Source of the DNA: Spirochaetaceae bacterium
Lineage (GTDB): Bacteria > Spirochaetota > Spirochaetia > DSM-2461
Assembly: GCA_051531975.1 (NCBI GenBank)
Contig: JAOPTT010000009.1
Span: 256,001-320,000, forward strand
DNA: 64,000 nt
Reading direction: 5' to 3'
The position numbers were made by a program, and so were the translations under genes. A model generated the notes under the pieces. That model did not search any database and was not told the origin of the DNA. It was given only the letters and a program-made list of their open reading frames with translations. Below are positions 9,791 to 19,658 of the stretch, one piece after another (positions within the stretch are counted from its first letter, which is position 1; each line of letters opens with the position of its first letter).

Positions 9791-11056
9791 TTATTGATCG
9801 TTAACTTTTTTTAACATTGCAACAAATTCTTCAGGTGTTGCACCGTCTAGAGCCATAAGACCTAGAGCCTGACCAAACTCACTAACAACCTCTGCAGAAA
9901 CCATTCCAGCTAGGTGAGGAATAGTAAAACTTGCATTGTTAGAAGCTTCAATAAACTTCTTTTGTAATGGATCGTTAATAGATGAAGCGTCGTATTTAAC
10001 AGCAAATAAAGAACCAGCTTGTTTAGAAATCTCTGCTACATTTTCAGCTTTTGTCATCCATTTAATAAACTTTACTGCTGCTGCTGCTTTAGCAGGATCA
10101 TCGGCATTTGCAGCTGCTGCTAAGTTAGTTTGTAAGAAACCAATTTGTGCACCTTTGTTTTTACCAAATGCTGGAGCAGGACCAACTTCAACTGCATCAT
10201 AAACTGATGGAGCATCTGATTTGATTCTACCGATATACCAAGGTCCATTAATAAACATTGCTGTATCTTCTGCTAAGAAATGACCACCAGAAACACCGGC
10301 GTCACCACCAACTGCATCTCTTGTAGTATTATCATTTAAGTACATAGAAAGTAAAACTTCCGCTGCTTGAACATAAGCAGGTCCTTTAAATAAGTTATCA
10401 TATACATCTTTTCCACCAAAAGACGCTAAAAAGTGTGAATAAAATAACATAGATGTCCAGGCATTAGATCCACCAGTCATCTGAGAAGTAGGTGTAATTC
10501 CAGCTTCTTTTAATTTTTCAGCTGCAGCTAAAAATTCTTTAGCTGTTTTAGGGTAATTTGAAATACCGGCCTTAGCAAAAAGGTCCATATTATATAAAAC
10601 AGGAGTAATTGCAACTTCATAAGGAAGTGATTTAACCATTCCATTAACAGTAGCTTGAGCTATTGTTCCTTCGTTAAAGTCTCTTTTCCATCCACCGTTT
10701 AGCTCACTAGAAAAATCCATTAATAGATCTGATTCATAATATGCTTTTGTAGAAGGGTTTAACTTCATTGTAAAAACATCAGGTACAATTCCAGCAGCAA
10801 TTGAAGTTCTCATTTTTTGCTCATAACCATCGTAATCTGGTTGTGCCTCAATAACAACTTTTATCATTCCAGCATTGTCAACATTAAACTGTTCAACTAA
10901 ATCTGCAACTGCAGCTGCTTTAGAGTCTTCTCCAACCCAGATGCATGGCCACTTTATAGTAACCTCTTTAGTTGCCTCTTCATTTTGACCACTTGCAAAT
11001 AGTGGACTAGCTAAAACCATAGCTAATGTTAGTGCCAGTAAATTAAATCTTTTCAT
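9791..11056 (-). CDS. ABC solute-binding protein (probable SQ/SQ-glyceride binding)
   Basis: Leader ending LFASGQNE, SBP_bac_1 motifs (TAMFINGPWY); first gene of the SQase operon. Confidence 0.9.
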   Translation of the reverse strand: MKRFNLLALTLAMVLASPLFASGQNEEATKEVTIKWPCIWVGEDSKAAAVADLVEQFNVDNAGMIKVVIEAQPDYDGYEQKMRTSIAAGIVPDVFTMKLNPSTKAYYESDLLMDFSSELNGGWKRDFNEGTIAQATVNGMVKSLPYEVAITPVLYNMDLFAKAGISNYPKTAKEFLAAAEKLKEAGITPTSQMTGGSNAWTSMLFYSHFLASFGGKDVYDNLFKGPAYVQAAEVLLSMYLNDNTTRDAVGGDAGVSGGHFLAEDTAMFINGPWYIGRIKSDAPSVYDAVEVGPAPAFGKNKGAQIGFLQTNLAAAANADDPAKAAAAVKFIKWMTKAENVAEISKQAGSLFAVKYDASSINDPLQKKFIEASNNASFTIPHLAGMVSAEVVSEFGQALGLMALDGATPEEFVAMLKKVNDQ

Positions 11057-11072
11057 TCCGTTCTCCTATTTA

Positions 11073-11093
11073 TTACTTACTCTAAGTAAGTAA
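11073..11093. promoter_or_regulatory. Putative ROK-repressor operator 1
   Basis: Perfect palindrome TTACTTAC-tctaa-GTAAGTAA just upstream of the SBP RBS. Confidence 0.75.
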
Positions 11094-11149
11094 AGCATGT
11101 CAAACCAAAATCTGTCAAACAAAAAATGAATATTTTGCAAAAAAAATAA

Positions 11150-12322
11150 CTAAATGGAGAAATAATTTGTAAAAACCATATCAGCTGCACCTCTACCAGC
11201 GTCTATAGGATCGTAGATGACATGTCTTATCTGTACGGTTTTCGAATTGTGACGCTCAGAGTCCTCTTTTAGTAGTTCCTGAGCATACTCTGCTAGTTTT
11301 TCAACGAAAAGAGCAGATCTAGATATAAGTAAAAATGTATCAGGTGAGAATGAACGAACTAGTATTTTTAATCCTTTTGTTAGTTGTTCAGCTTTCTCTC
11401 TTATATATGCATCCATTTCTGGCTCTGTTTTGATTAAATTATCAATCTCTAAAAAGCTAGTCGCGTTATACTTTTCTTTTAGGTCTTTTAGTATTGCAGG
11501 TTCAGCTAAATAGGACTCTAAACATCCAAATTCCCCACACTCACATTCATGGCCATTTGTATTTATACATATATGACCAACTTCCATTGCTGTAAGGCCG
11601 TTAGAAGTTAAATTTTTCCCTTCGTTTATAAAAGCACCACCAACTCCACTTCTAATAAGTAGGGTTATTAAGGCGTTAGATTCAGATACGGCCCCATATT
11701 GGTATTCATTCATTGCAATTACAGAACAGTTATTATTTACATATATAGGCACATTAAAAAACTCTTTCATTCTGTCTTTTAAGTGGTAGTCACTTAATCC
11801 ACTAATTCTATTAAAGTAGAAGACTGTTCCAGATGAGATATCAACTCTACCGGGAGCTCCAATTCCTATTCCAAGTATTTTATCCGGGTTTATTCCAGAT
11901 TCAATAATAGCTTCGTTAATTAGTTTTGTTAACATTACAAGAACAGATTCTCCTGTAAGTTCTCCTTTTAACTCTATAAAGTTATTAAAAACTGTTTTTT
12001 TATCAAAATTCTCTATAACAACAGATGCAGAGGTAGAGCAAAAATCTACTCCTACAATAAAAGCAGCCTTAGAGTTTATCTGGTAAAATACTGGTCTTCT
12101 GCCTTTCTTTTCACTTTTAACAGTGCTCTTTTTATTTATCTTAATTAACTTTTCAGTCTCTAGATTAGTAAATATTCTTAAAATTGTAGGAGGTTTTAAC
12201 CCTGTTAGATTAACTGCCTGGGACTGGGAAAGCTCTTTATGTTTATGGATAAGGTTTAATATGAGTTTTTCGTTTCTTTTTCTTATATCGTTACCTCTAA
12301 GAGGGGATTTTGTCTCTGGCAT
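11150..12322 (-). CDS. ROK-family transcriptional repressor (XylR/NagC-like)
   Basis: N-terminal wHTH (LSQSQAVNLTGLKPPTI, GRRP), ROK domain GIGIGAPG, EVGH...CECGEFGCLE. Confidence 0.93.
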   Translation of the reverse strand: MPETKSPLRGNDIRKRNEKLILNLIHKHKELSQSQAVNLTGLKPPTILRIFTNLETEKLIKINKKSTVKSEKKGRRPVFYQINSKAAFIVGVDFCSTSASVVIENFDKKTVFNNFIELKGELTGESVLVMLTKLINEAIIESGINPDKILGIGIGAPGRVDISSGTVFYFNRISGLSDYHLKDRMKEFFNVPIYVNNNCSVIAMNEYQYGAVSESNALITLLIRSGVGGAFINEGKNLTSNGLTAMEVGHICINTNGHECECGEFGCLESYLAEPAILKDLKEKYNATSFLEIDNLIKTEPEMDAYIREKAEQLTKGLKILVRSFSPDTFLLISRSALFVEKLAEYAQELLKEDSERHNSKTVQIRHVIYDPIDAGRGAADMVFTNYFSI

Positions 12323-12439
12323 TATTTACTTCCTGTTAATTAGTTTACTTAGTTTAACAGTATTTATCGAGAATTTACAAGAAAATAAAGAAATTATCTT
12401 TACATAGTTTCAGTTCGGTGTTAATTTGAATCATCTTAT

Positions 12440-12460
12440 TTATTTACTGTAAGTAACTAA
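12440..12460. promoter_or_regulatory. Putative ROK-repressor operator 2
   Basis: TTATTTAC-tgtaa-GTAACTAA just upstream of the transketolase RBS. Confidence 0.75.
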
Positions 12461-12477
12461 ATGAATTAGGAGTGATT

Positions 12478-13296
12478 ATGTCAAATGAAGATTTGAAAGA
12501 ATTAGAAGTAATAGCAAAAGAAGTTAGAAAGAATACAATAGACTCTATTGGATATCTTGGTGTTGGGCATATAGGTGGTGCAATGTCTATAGTTGAGTTA
12601 TTAACAATATTGTATTACAGAAAGATGAAAATCGATCCTAAAAATCCAAAAATGGAAGATAGGGATAAATTAGTTTTATCAAAAGGACATGCTGGTCCTG
12701 CTTTATATAGTATTTTAGCTCAGAAGGAATATTTTCCTATAGAGTGGCTTAGAACTCTTAACCAGGGTGGTACAAAATTACCAAGTCACTGCGACATGAA
12801 CATGACCCCTGGTATCGATATGACAACAGGGTCTTTAGGCCAAGGATTATCTAGTGCTATTGGTCTGTGTTTAGCAATGAAGCTTGATAAAATTGATCGA
12901 AACGTTTTTACAATAATCGGTGATGGTGAATCCCAAGAGGGTCAAAACTGGGAAGCTGCAATGACAGCAGCCCACTATAAGTTAAACAAGTTAATTGCAT
13001 TTACTGATAATAACAAAATGCAGATAGATGGTTATACAAACGAAATTATGCCAATAGATGATTTAGAAAAAAAATGGTCAGCTTTTGGTTGGAATACTCA
13101 AAGAATAGATGGGCATGATTTTAAAGCTTTAGATAAGGCTATTGATAATGCAAGAGCCTGTACTGATAAACCTTCCATGATCATTATGGATACGATTAAA
13201 GGTAAAGGTTGTACATTTGCAGAGGGTGTAATTACAAATCATAACATGGCGTTTACTCACGACGCTGCATTAGAAGCTATTAAGGCTTTAGGTTAA
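12478..13296 (+). CDS. Transketolase, N-terminal subunit (probable 6-deoxy-6-sulfofructose transketolase, SqwGH-type)
   Basis: GHIGG, SKGHAGPALY, TGSLGQG, ThDP motif GDGESQEG; AGGAG RBS. Confidence 0.92.
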   Translation: MSNEDLKELEVIAKEVRKNTIDSIGYLGVGHIGGAMSIVELLTILYYRKMKIDPKNPKMEDRDKLVLSKGHAGPALYSILAQKEYFPIEWLRTLNQGGTKLPSHCDMNMTPGIDMTTGSLGQGLSSAIGLCLAMKLDKIDRNVFTIIGDGESQEGQNWEAAMTAAHYKLNKLIAFTDNNKMQIDGYTNEIMPIDDLEKKWSAFGWNTQRIDGHDFKALDKAIDNARACTDKPSMIIMDTIKGKGCTFAEGVITNHNMAFTHDAALEAIKALG

Positions 13297-13306
13297 GGGG
13301 GATAAA

Positions 13307-14251
13307 ATGTCAGATAAAGATATGAGAGAAGTATATACAAATACATTAATAAAAATGGCTGAAACTAACGATAAAATTTGTGTTATGGAAGCGGATTTAA
13401 TGAGAGCAACAGGTACTTTTCCTTTTAGAGATAAGTTCCCAGAAAGAACTTTTAATGTAGGTGTTGCAGAGGCAAACATGGTAGGTGTGGCATCTGGTCT
13501 ATCTGCTGGTGGAAAGATTCCATTTGCAGCAACATTTGGTTGTTTTGCAGCAAGAAGAACTTTTGATCAATTTTTCATCTCTGCAAACTATGCTAAACAA
13601 AACGTTAAACTAGTTGGAACTGATCCTGGTGTTTCTGCAGCATTTAATGGTGGAACACATATGCCTTTCGAAGACGTTGGTATGATGCGTTGTATACCTA
13701 ATCTAGTAATTTTTGAACCTTCAGATACTGTATCTTTAGCTAAACTATTAGTGCAATCAGCTGAACATAAAGGTTCAACTTACATGCGATTACAACGAAA
13801 GGGTAAAAACACAAGATATAACGATGATGATGAAATTATTTTAGGTAAAGGTAAGGTTATTCAGGAAGGAACAGATGTAACAATTATTGCAACTGGTTAT
13901 GTCCTTGTAGAAGAGGCTGTAAAAGCGACTGAAATCCTAACTAAAGAGGGTCTTTCTGTAAAACTAATTGATATGCATACAGTTAAACCATTAGATAGAG
14001 ATCTAATTTTAGAGTGTGCAAAAAGTACTAAAGCAATAGTAGTATGCGAAAATCATCAAAAAGCTGGTGGTCTTTATTCAGCTATAGCTGAACTTTTAGC
14101 AGCAGAATACCCAACTTTAATGCAAGCAGTTGCAGTAGAAGATAAATTTGGTCAGGTTGGAACATTAGATTTCTTAAAACAAGCTTATGGTTTTACAGCA
14201 GATAACATTGTAAATAAAACAAAACAATTATTAGGGAGAAAAAATGGATAA
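13307..14251 (+). CDS. Transketolase, C-terminal subunit (SqwGH-type)
   Basis: GVAEANMVGVASGLS, GGTHMPFED, DMHTVKPLD. Confidence 0.92.
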   Translation: MSDKDMREVYTNTLIKMAETNDKICVMEADLMRATGTFPFRDKFPERTFNVGVAEANMVGVASGLSAGGKIPFAATFGCFAARRTFDQFFISANYAKQNVKLVGTDPGVSAAFNGGTHMPFEDVGMMRCIPNLVIFEPSDTVSLAKLLVQSAEHKGSTYMRLQRKGKNTRYNDDDEIILGKGKVIQEGTDVTIIATGYVLVEEAVKATEILTKEGLSVKLIDMHTVKPLDRDLILECAKSTKAIVVCENHQKAGGLYSAIAELLAAEYPTLMQAVAVEDKFGQVGTLDFLKQAYGFTADNIVNKTKQLLGRKNG

Positions 14252-14732
14252 AATTAAACTAGCAATAGCGTCGGACTTGTCAGGGTTTCCACTAAAACAA
14301 GCAATTGTTGCCCACTTAGAAGAGAACTATAAAGACAAAATCGAAGTAGTTGATTTTGGTATAGAGAGTGAAGATAAACCTCAACCATATTTTGTTCAGG
14401 CTCCTAAAGTTGCAAAAGTAGTACAGAGTGGGGAAGTAGATAAAGGTATTTTAATCTGTGGAACTGGTCAGGGTATGGCTATTGTTGCAAATAAATATAG
14501 AGGTGTTTATGCATCTGTTGTAGATAGTGTTTTCTCTGGAGAGAGATCTAAAATTATTAACAATGCAAATGTTATTACTATGGGTGGTTGGATAACAGCA
14601 CCATTTTTAGGATTACAAATTGTTGATGGTTGGTTATCTATGGCATTTACTCAAAAAATGGAGTTCAAAAAAGACTTCTTAACAAATGCTTTTAACGAAG
14701 TTCAAAAGATTGAGGAAGAAATTTATGGCTGA
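14244..14732 (+). CDS. sqwI: RpiB/LacAB-family isomerase (probable 4-deoxy-4-sulfoerythrose isomerase)
   Basis: GILICGTGQGMAIVANK; the usual RpiB DH motif is altered (ASDLSG); located in the SQ cluster. Confidence 0.8.
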   Translation: MDKIKLAIASDLSGFPLKQAIVAHLEENYKDKIEVVDFGIESEDKPQPYFVQAPKVAKVVQSGEVDKGILICGTGQGMAIVANKYRGVYASVVDSVFSGERSKIINNANVITMGGWITAPFLGLQIVDGWLSMAFTQKMEFKKDFLTNAFNEVQKIEEEIYG

Positions 14733-16140
14733 TACAAAATTAATAATTGCAAATCTTGTCGACAGAGCAAGAAAAGCACAATCTTTGGTTAATTCTTATT
14801 CTCAGACACAACTTGATGATATTTGCCTTTCCATTGCCTGGGAAATGTACAATGATGAAAATATTAAAATCTTAGCTGAAATGGCTGTCGAAGAGACAGG
14901 TATGGGAAATGTTTCTGATAAAATCAAAAAACATAAAGGAAAAGTCCTTGGTATTATTACCGATGTGAAAGGTGTAAAATCTACTGGACTTATTGACCAT
15001 GATACAAAAACTAAAATTAAAAAATATGCTAAACCTGTCGGTGTTGTAGGAGCTTTGACTCCTGTAACTAATCCCACAGCAACACCAGCAAGCAATGCTG
15101 TTTCTATCTTAAAAGGTGGGAACGCTGTTATATTCGCTCCTCACCCTAAATCAAAAAATTGTTCAAAAAAAGCAATAGATTTTATGAGACAGGGACTAAA
15201 AAAAGTGGGAGCTCCAGTCGATTTGATTCAGATTGTAGAAGAACCTTCTATTGAAGGTACAGGTGAACTAATGGCCCAGGTTGATCTTGTCCTAGCTACT
15301 GGTGGTGGAGCCATGGTAAAAGCTGCTTATTCTAGTGGAACTCCAGCTTATGGTGTAGGACCTGGAAACTCAGTTCAGATAATATCTGAAGATGCTGATA
15401 TTAAAGATGCAGTGGCAAAAGTTGTTTTGAGTAAATGTTTTGATCATGCTACATCCTGTTCATCGGAGAACTCGATAATTGTAGAGGACTCTGTATATGA
15501 CGAAGTTGTGACTAACCTAAAAGCTAGCGGATCATATCTCTGTAATAACAGTGAAAGAGAGACTCTAGGTAACTGGATGTGGATAAAAAACTCTAAAGGT
15601 TTCAGATCAATAAACCCATCCATAGTCGCTAAATCCGCTAAAGTTATAGCCGAGGGTGCAGGGCTTAAAGTACCTGAAACAACAGAAATTTTACTTGTTG
15701 AAGGGTCTATGCCCCTGGAAGATGATTTTTTCAGTCAAGAGAAATTATCACCTGTTTTAACAATCTGGAAATATTCAGGTTTTGATAATGCAATGGAGAT
15801 TCTTACAAGACTTACAGATAATTGTGGTACAGGTCATTCTTGCGGTATTCATACATTTACTGATTCATATGTAGAGAGAATGTCTCTAGAGATGAAAACC
15901 AGTCGTATTATGGTAAACCAGCCCCAGGCTCCAGCCAACGGTGGAAACTTTTTTAACGGTATGGCCTCGACAACAACATTGGGTTGCGGTACATGGGGTG
16001 GAAATATCACCACAGAAAATATTACTTACAAGCATTTTTTGAACATTACATATGTTTCACAGTGGTTTCCTCCGGTAAAACCGGAAGATGTTGATATCTG
16101 GGGTGAATTTCACAAAAAATACAGAACTGATAGGAAATAA
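14725..16140 (+). CDS. sqwD: CoA-acylating aldehyde dehydrogenase, SauS-like (probable sulfoacetaldehyde dehydrogenase)
   Basis: PVGVVGALTPVTNP, ATGG, catalytic region SKCFDHATSCSSENS resembling SauS, LGCGTWGGN; ATG 14725 with GAGGA RBS. Confidence 0.8.
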   Translation: MADTKLIIANLVDRARKAQSLVNSYSQTQLDDICLSIAWEMYNDENIKILAEMAVEETGMGNVSDKIKKHKGKVLGIITDVKGVKSTGLIDHDTKTKIKKYAKPVGVVGALTPVTNPTATPASNAVSILKGGNAVIFAPHPKSKNCSKKAIDFMRQGLKKVGAPVDLIQIVEEPSIEGTGELMAQVDLVLATGGGAMVKAAYSSGTPAYGVGPGNSVQIISEDADIKDAVAKVVLSKCFDHATSCSSENSIIVEDSVYDEVVTNLKASGSYLCNNSERETLGNWMWIKNSKGFRSINPSIVAKSAKVIAEGAGLKVPETTEILLVEGSMPLEDDFFSQEKLSPVLTIWKYSGFDNAMEILTRLTDNCGTGHSCGIHTFTDSYVERMSLEMKTSRIMVNQPQAPANGGNFFNGMASTTTLGCGTWGGNITTENITYKHFLNITYVSQWFPPVKPEDVDIWGEFHKKYRTDRK

Positions 16141-16142
16141 AT

Positions 16143-17264
16143 ATGAAACTATTTGAATACCAGGCTAAAGAGACTTTTAAACGTTATGGAATAACAATTC
16201 CGAATAGTGTAGTTATTACTTCTATCGATGAACTGAAAGATGCAACAGATAAAATAGGATTTCCTCTTGTTTTGAAATCACAAATTTTAATGGGCGGTCG
16301 TGGTAAAGCTGGACTTATCCCTTTTGTCAGGGATGAAAAAGAAGTCAAAGAAAAATGCGAAATGCTATTTGCATCGGAATACAATGTAAATACAATCCTT
16401 GTGGAAGAAGCTGTTGATATCAAAAAAGAAATTTATCTCTCAATTACTGTTGATCCAGTAACTGCTTCTCATATGGTTATAGCCTGTGCTGACGGTGGTG
16501 TGGAGATTGAAATTCTTGCAGTGGACTCACCTGAAAAAATCTTAAGAGAATTTGTCGATCCAAATCTTGGACTTATGCCGTTCCAGATTAAAGATATTGC
16601 ATTTCGTTTAGGATTTGAGGGTGATGTGATGAAAAAATTCTCATCAGTTCTAACCAAACTATATGAAGCTTTTTTAAAAAATGATGCAGAACTCATAGAA
16701 ATAAATCCACTATTTATTACAGGCAATGATGATGTTATAGCCGGGGATGGGAAATTATCAATCGATGATAACTCTACTTTCCGACAGGACACATATAAGA
16801 AAACACGGGATTATTACGATTCTGATGCTGAATATGAATCGGCTCTAGAGGGGATTCCTTATTTGCAATTTGATGGAGATATCAGCCTTATGTGTGCCGG
16901 GGCTGGACTTACGACGACAGTTTACGATCTTATCAATTATGAAGGTGGAACTGTTGCAAATTACCTTGAATTTGGTGGCCCCAACTACAAAAAGGCGTTA
17001 AAAGCCATGGAGTTGTGCCTGAAAAATGATTCCAAAGTTATTTTGATGGTTACTTTTGGTACAATTGCCAGAGCCGATGTTATGGCTGAAGGTATTGTAG
17101 ATGCTATTAAAAGACTTAAACCCGATCGTCCTATTGTCACCTGTATTAGAGGTACAAATGAAGAGGAAGCAAGCAGAATATTAAAAGCTGCCGGATTGGA
17201 ACCTCTTTACGATACAGAGGAAGCTGTCAGAAAAGCAATTTCAATTGCAGCGGGGGTTAAATAA
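16143..17264 (+). CDS. Succinyl-CoA-synthetase beta-like subunit (probable ADP-forming sulfoacetate-CoA ligase, SqwKL/SauCD-type)
   Basis: MKLFEYQAK, GGRGKAG ATP-grasp, EINPL; divergent CAGAGLTTT/NYLEFGG in place of SucC NGAGLAMAT/NFLDVGG. Confidence 0.85.
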   Translation: MKLFEYQAKETFKRYGITIPNSVVITSIDELKDATDKIGFPLVLKSQILMGGRGKAGLIPFVRDEKEVKEKCEMLFASEYNVNTILVEEAVDIKKEIYLSITVDPVTASHMVIACADGGVEIEILAVDSPEKILREFVDPNLGLMPFQIKDIAFRLGFEGDVMKKFSSVLTKLYEAFLKNDAELIEINPLFITGNDDVIAGDGKLSIDDNSTFRQDTYKKTRDYYDSDAEYESALEGIPYLQFDGDISLMCAGAGLTTTVYDLINYEGGTVANYLEFGGPNYKKALKAMELCLKNDSKVILMVTFGTIARADVMAEGIVDAIKRLKPDRPIVTCIRGTNEEEASRILKAAGLEPLYDTEEAVRKAISIAAGVK

Positions 17265-18148
17265 TGAGCATATTTATTGATGAAAATACACAAGTTCTGA
17301 TTCAGGGAATCACCGGTAAAGAGGGAAGATTCTGGACAGAGCATATGATAGGTTGTGGAACTAACGTAGTTGCTGGAGTTACCCCTGGAAAAGAGGGACA
17401 GCAGGTTGAAGGGAAAGATGTATATCATTCTGTTAGAAGAGCTGCCCAAGAAGTCGATGTAGAGGCTACCATGTTATTTGTACCTCCAAGATTTACTAAA
17501 GATGCAGTTTTTGAAGCTCTGGATTCAGGGATTAAAAAAATTGTTACTGTTGCAGACGGAATCCCTCTACACGATGCTATTCAGATTAGAAAAGCTGCTT
17601 TATCAGAAGGAGCCTTGGTAATCGGTGGTAATACATCAGGTGTTATATCTCCTGGAAAAGCAATGATGGGGTTTTTCCCATACTGGATCAAAAGAGTATA
17701 TAAACCCGGACGAATAGGAGTTATGACTAGAAGTGGATCTTTAACAAACGAAGTTACAGCTATGATTGTTAAGGCCGGATTTGGTGTTTCATCTTTAATC
17801 GGAATAGGTGGAGACCCTGTACCAGGAACTAGATTTGCAGAGATGCTCCCCTATTATGAAGCTGACAGTGAAACTGATGCCGTAGTAATTATCGGAGAAC
17901 TTGGTGGATCCATGGAAGAGGAATGTGCCCAGATGAAAAGAGATGGTTTATATACAAAACCTCTTGTTGCTTTTCTTGGTGGACGGACTGCTCCTGAAGG
18001 AAAAACAATGGGCCATGCTGGTGCTATTGTTTCCGGAGGAAAAGGTTCAGTTAAAGATAAAATTGAAGCGTTAGAAAGTGTCGGTGGTAAAGTTGCTGAA
18101 AGACCTCGTTTTGTTGGAGATCTATTAAAAGAGGTACTAAAAAAATGA
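17264..18148 (+). CDS. Succinyl-CoA-synthetase alpha-like subunit (probable sulfoacetate-CoA ligase)
   Basis: QGITGKEG, GVTPGK, phospho-His motif MGHAGA; GGNTSG in place of SucD GPNCPG. Confidence 0.85.
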   Translation: MSIFIDENTQVLIQGITGKEGRFWTEHMIGCGTNVVAGVTPGKEGQQVEGKDVYHSVRRAAQEVDVEATMLFVPPRFTKDAVFEALDSGIKKIVTVADGIPLHDAIQIRKAALSEGALVIGGNTSGVISPGKAMMGFFPYWIKRVYKPGRIGVMTRSGSLTNEVTAMIVKAGFGVSSLIGIGGDPVPGTRFAEMLPYYEADSETDAVVIIGELGGSMEEECAQMKRDGLYTKPLVAFLGGRTAPEGKTMGHAGAIVSGGKGSVKDKIEALESVGGKVAERPRFVGDLLKEVLKK

Positions 18149-19593
18149 GTATAGTTAACAGAAAAAAATTACTTTATCTCGGACTGGCTTTTATTGTTAT
18201 GCTAATAGTGATGGTATTTCCTTTTTCGGAATCTGTAAGAGGTGCTGGTAAAGGTTTTTTGACCCATGAAGGGCAAATAGCAATGGCAATACTTCTTTTC
18301 AGCCTTGTTTTATGGATGACAGAAGCTCTGCCTTTTCATATAACTGGAATGTTAAGTGTTGTTCTCCTTGCTATTTTTAATGTTGATACTTTTAAAAATA
18401 TTATAAATGTTGGTTTTGGAAATCATATTATTGCGTTTTTTATCGGTGTATTGGTACTTTCTGCATTTATTACAAAATCGGGTCTTGGAAAAAGAATCAG
18501 TGTATTTTTATTATCCAAAACAGGAAATAGTACAAGTCTGATAATTTTGGGGTTTATGGTAGTTGGTGCGACCTTATCAATGTGGATTACAAATATGGCT
18601 GTTGCAGCTATGTTACTTCCTCTTGGTGTTTCTATTCTTGATGAAGAGGGTTGTCTCAGACTAAAAAGTAATTTTGGAAAAGCTCTTATGATCGCCTGTG
18701 TTTGGGGCCCACTAATCGGTGGAATCGGAACACCTGCAGGAGCAGGTCCAAATCCTATTGCTATCGGTTTTCTAAAAGAGATGGCAGGTGTTGATCTTAG
18801 TTTTACTCAGTGGATGAAATATGGAATCCCTGCAGTTATTCTGCTTCTTCCTATTGGATGGGCTCTGCTTATATTAATGTTTAAACCTGAAATGAAACAT
18901 CTTAAAAAAACAAAAGAGGACCTCCGGCACGAATATGATAATTATCCTCCTATGGGCCGTGAGGAAAAACTTACTCTTGTTATTTTCCTTCTAACAGTTG
19001 TTCTATGGTTGACTTCAGGAATGATTGGAAAAGCTATTGGAATATCTATTCCAGTTTCAATGCCGGTACTGTTTACTGCTACACTTTTCTTTTTACCTGG
19101 AGTAACAGGATTAAAATGGAAAGAGATTGAGGAAGATATTTCCTGGAGTGGAATAATATTGGTTGTTACTGGAATTTCTATTGGGATGATGCTCTATCAG
19201 ACAGGAGCTGCTGGATGGCTCTCTTTTGTTCTACTCGGAGGAATAGGTGATTTCTCTCCTTTAATGAGAGTCGGGGCTATTGTCTTTATCGTTATGATTT
19301 TAAAAATTGCTCTCTCGAGTAATTCGGTTACAGCAACAATTGTTATTCCTATAATGATTGCACTGGCTGATAATCTTGGACTAGATGCACTGTCAATTGC
19401 ACTGCCGGCAGCCATAACAGCCTCTCTTGCATTTATACTAGTTACATCGAGTCCAACCAATGTTATACCCTATTCAGCAGGATTCTTTTCAATTAGGGAC
19501 TTTGCAAAATCAGGAATTATCATGACACTTTTTACAACTGTAATAGTCTCTTTGGTTATATATTTCGTTGGAAGAGCATCCGGTTTATATTAA
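18145..19593 (+). CDS. DASS/SLC13-family anion transporter (candidate sulfoacetate exporter)
   Basis: Many TM helices, LSMWITN, GGIGTPAGAGPN, SSPTN motifs of DASS carriers. Confidence 0.85.
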   Translation: MSIVNRKKLLYLGLAFIVMLIVMVFPFSESVRGAGKGFLTHEGQIAMAILLFSLVLWMTEALPFHITGMLSVVLLAIFNVDTFKNIINVGFGNHIIAFFIGVLVLSAFITKSGLGKRISVFLLSKTGNSTSLIILGFMVVGATLSMWITNMAVAAMLLPLGVSILDEEGCLRLKSNFGKALMIACVWGPLIGGIGTPAGAGPNPIAIGFLKEMAGVDLSFTQWMKYGIPAVILLLPIGWALLILMFKPEMKHLKKTKEDLRHEYDNYPPMGREEKLTLVIFLLTVVLWLTSGMIGKAIGISIPVSMPVLFTATLFFLPGVTGLKWKEIEEDISWSGIILVVTGISIGMMLYQTGAAGWLSFVLLGGIGDFSPLMRVGAIVFIVMILKIALSSNSVTATIVIPIMIALADNLGLDALSIALPAAITASLAFILVTSSPTNVIPYSAGFFSIRDFAKSGIIMTLFTTVIVSLVIYFVGRASGLY

Positions 19594-19615
19594 TCGGAAA
19601 TAATATATTATTATG

Positions 19616-19658
19616 AAAACCGATTTTGCTTAATAGATATAAGTAAAATCGGTTTTTT
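19616..19658. terminator. Bidirectional terminator
   Basis: AAAACCGATTTTGCTTA...TAAGTAAAATCGGTTTT between convergent genes. Confidence 0.75.

Noticed and set aside
12322..12342. Possible fourth ROK operator (TTATTTAC-ttcct-GTTAATTA) at the ROK start
   Set aside because: Right half-site is poor and the region is very AT-rich; cannot be supported
12478..14732. Housekeeping pentose-phosphate tkt/rpiB
   Set aside because: Shared operator and adjacency with the sulfoquinovosidase operon, plus altered RpiB motif, favour sulfo-TK
16143..18148. Annotation as TCA-cycle sucCD
   Set aside because: Substrate-site motifs differ from SucC/SucD and the genes are coupled to a SauS-like dehydrogenase inside an SQ cluster
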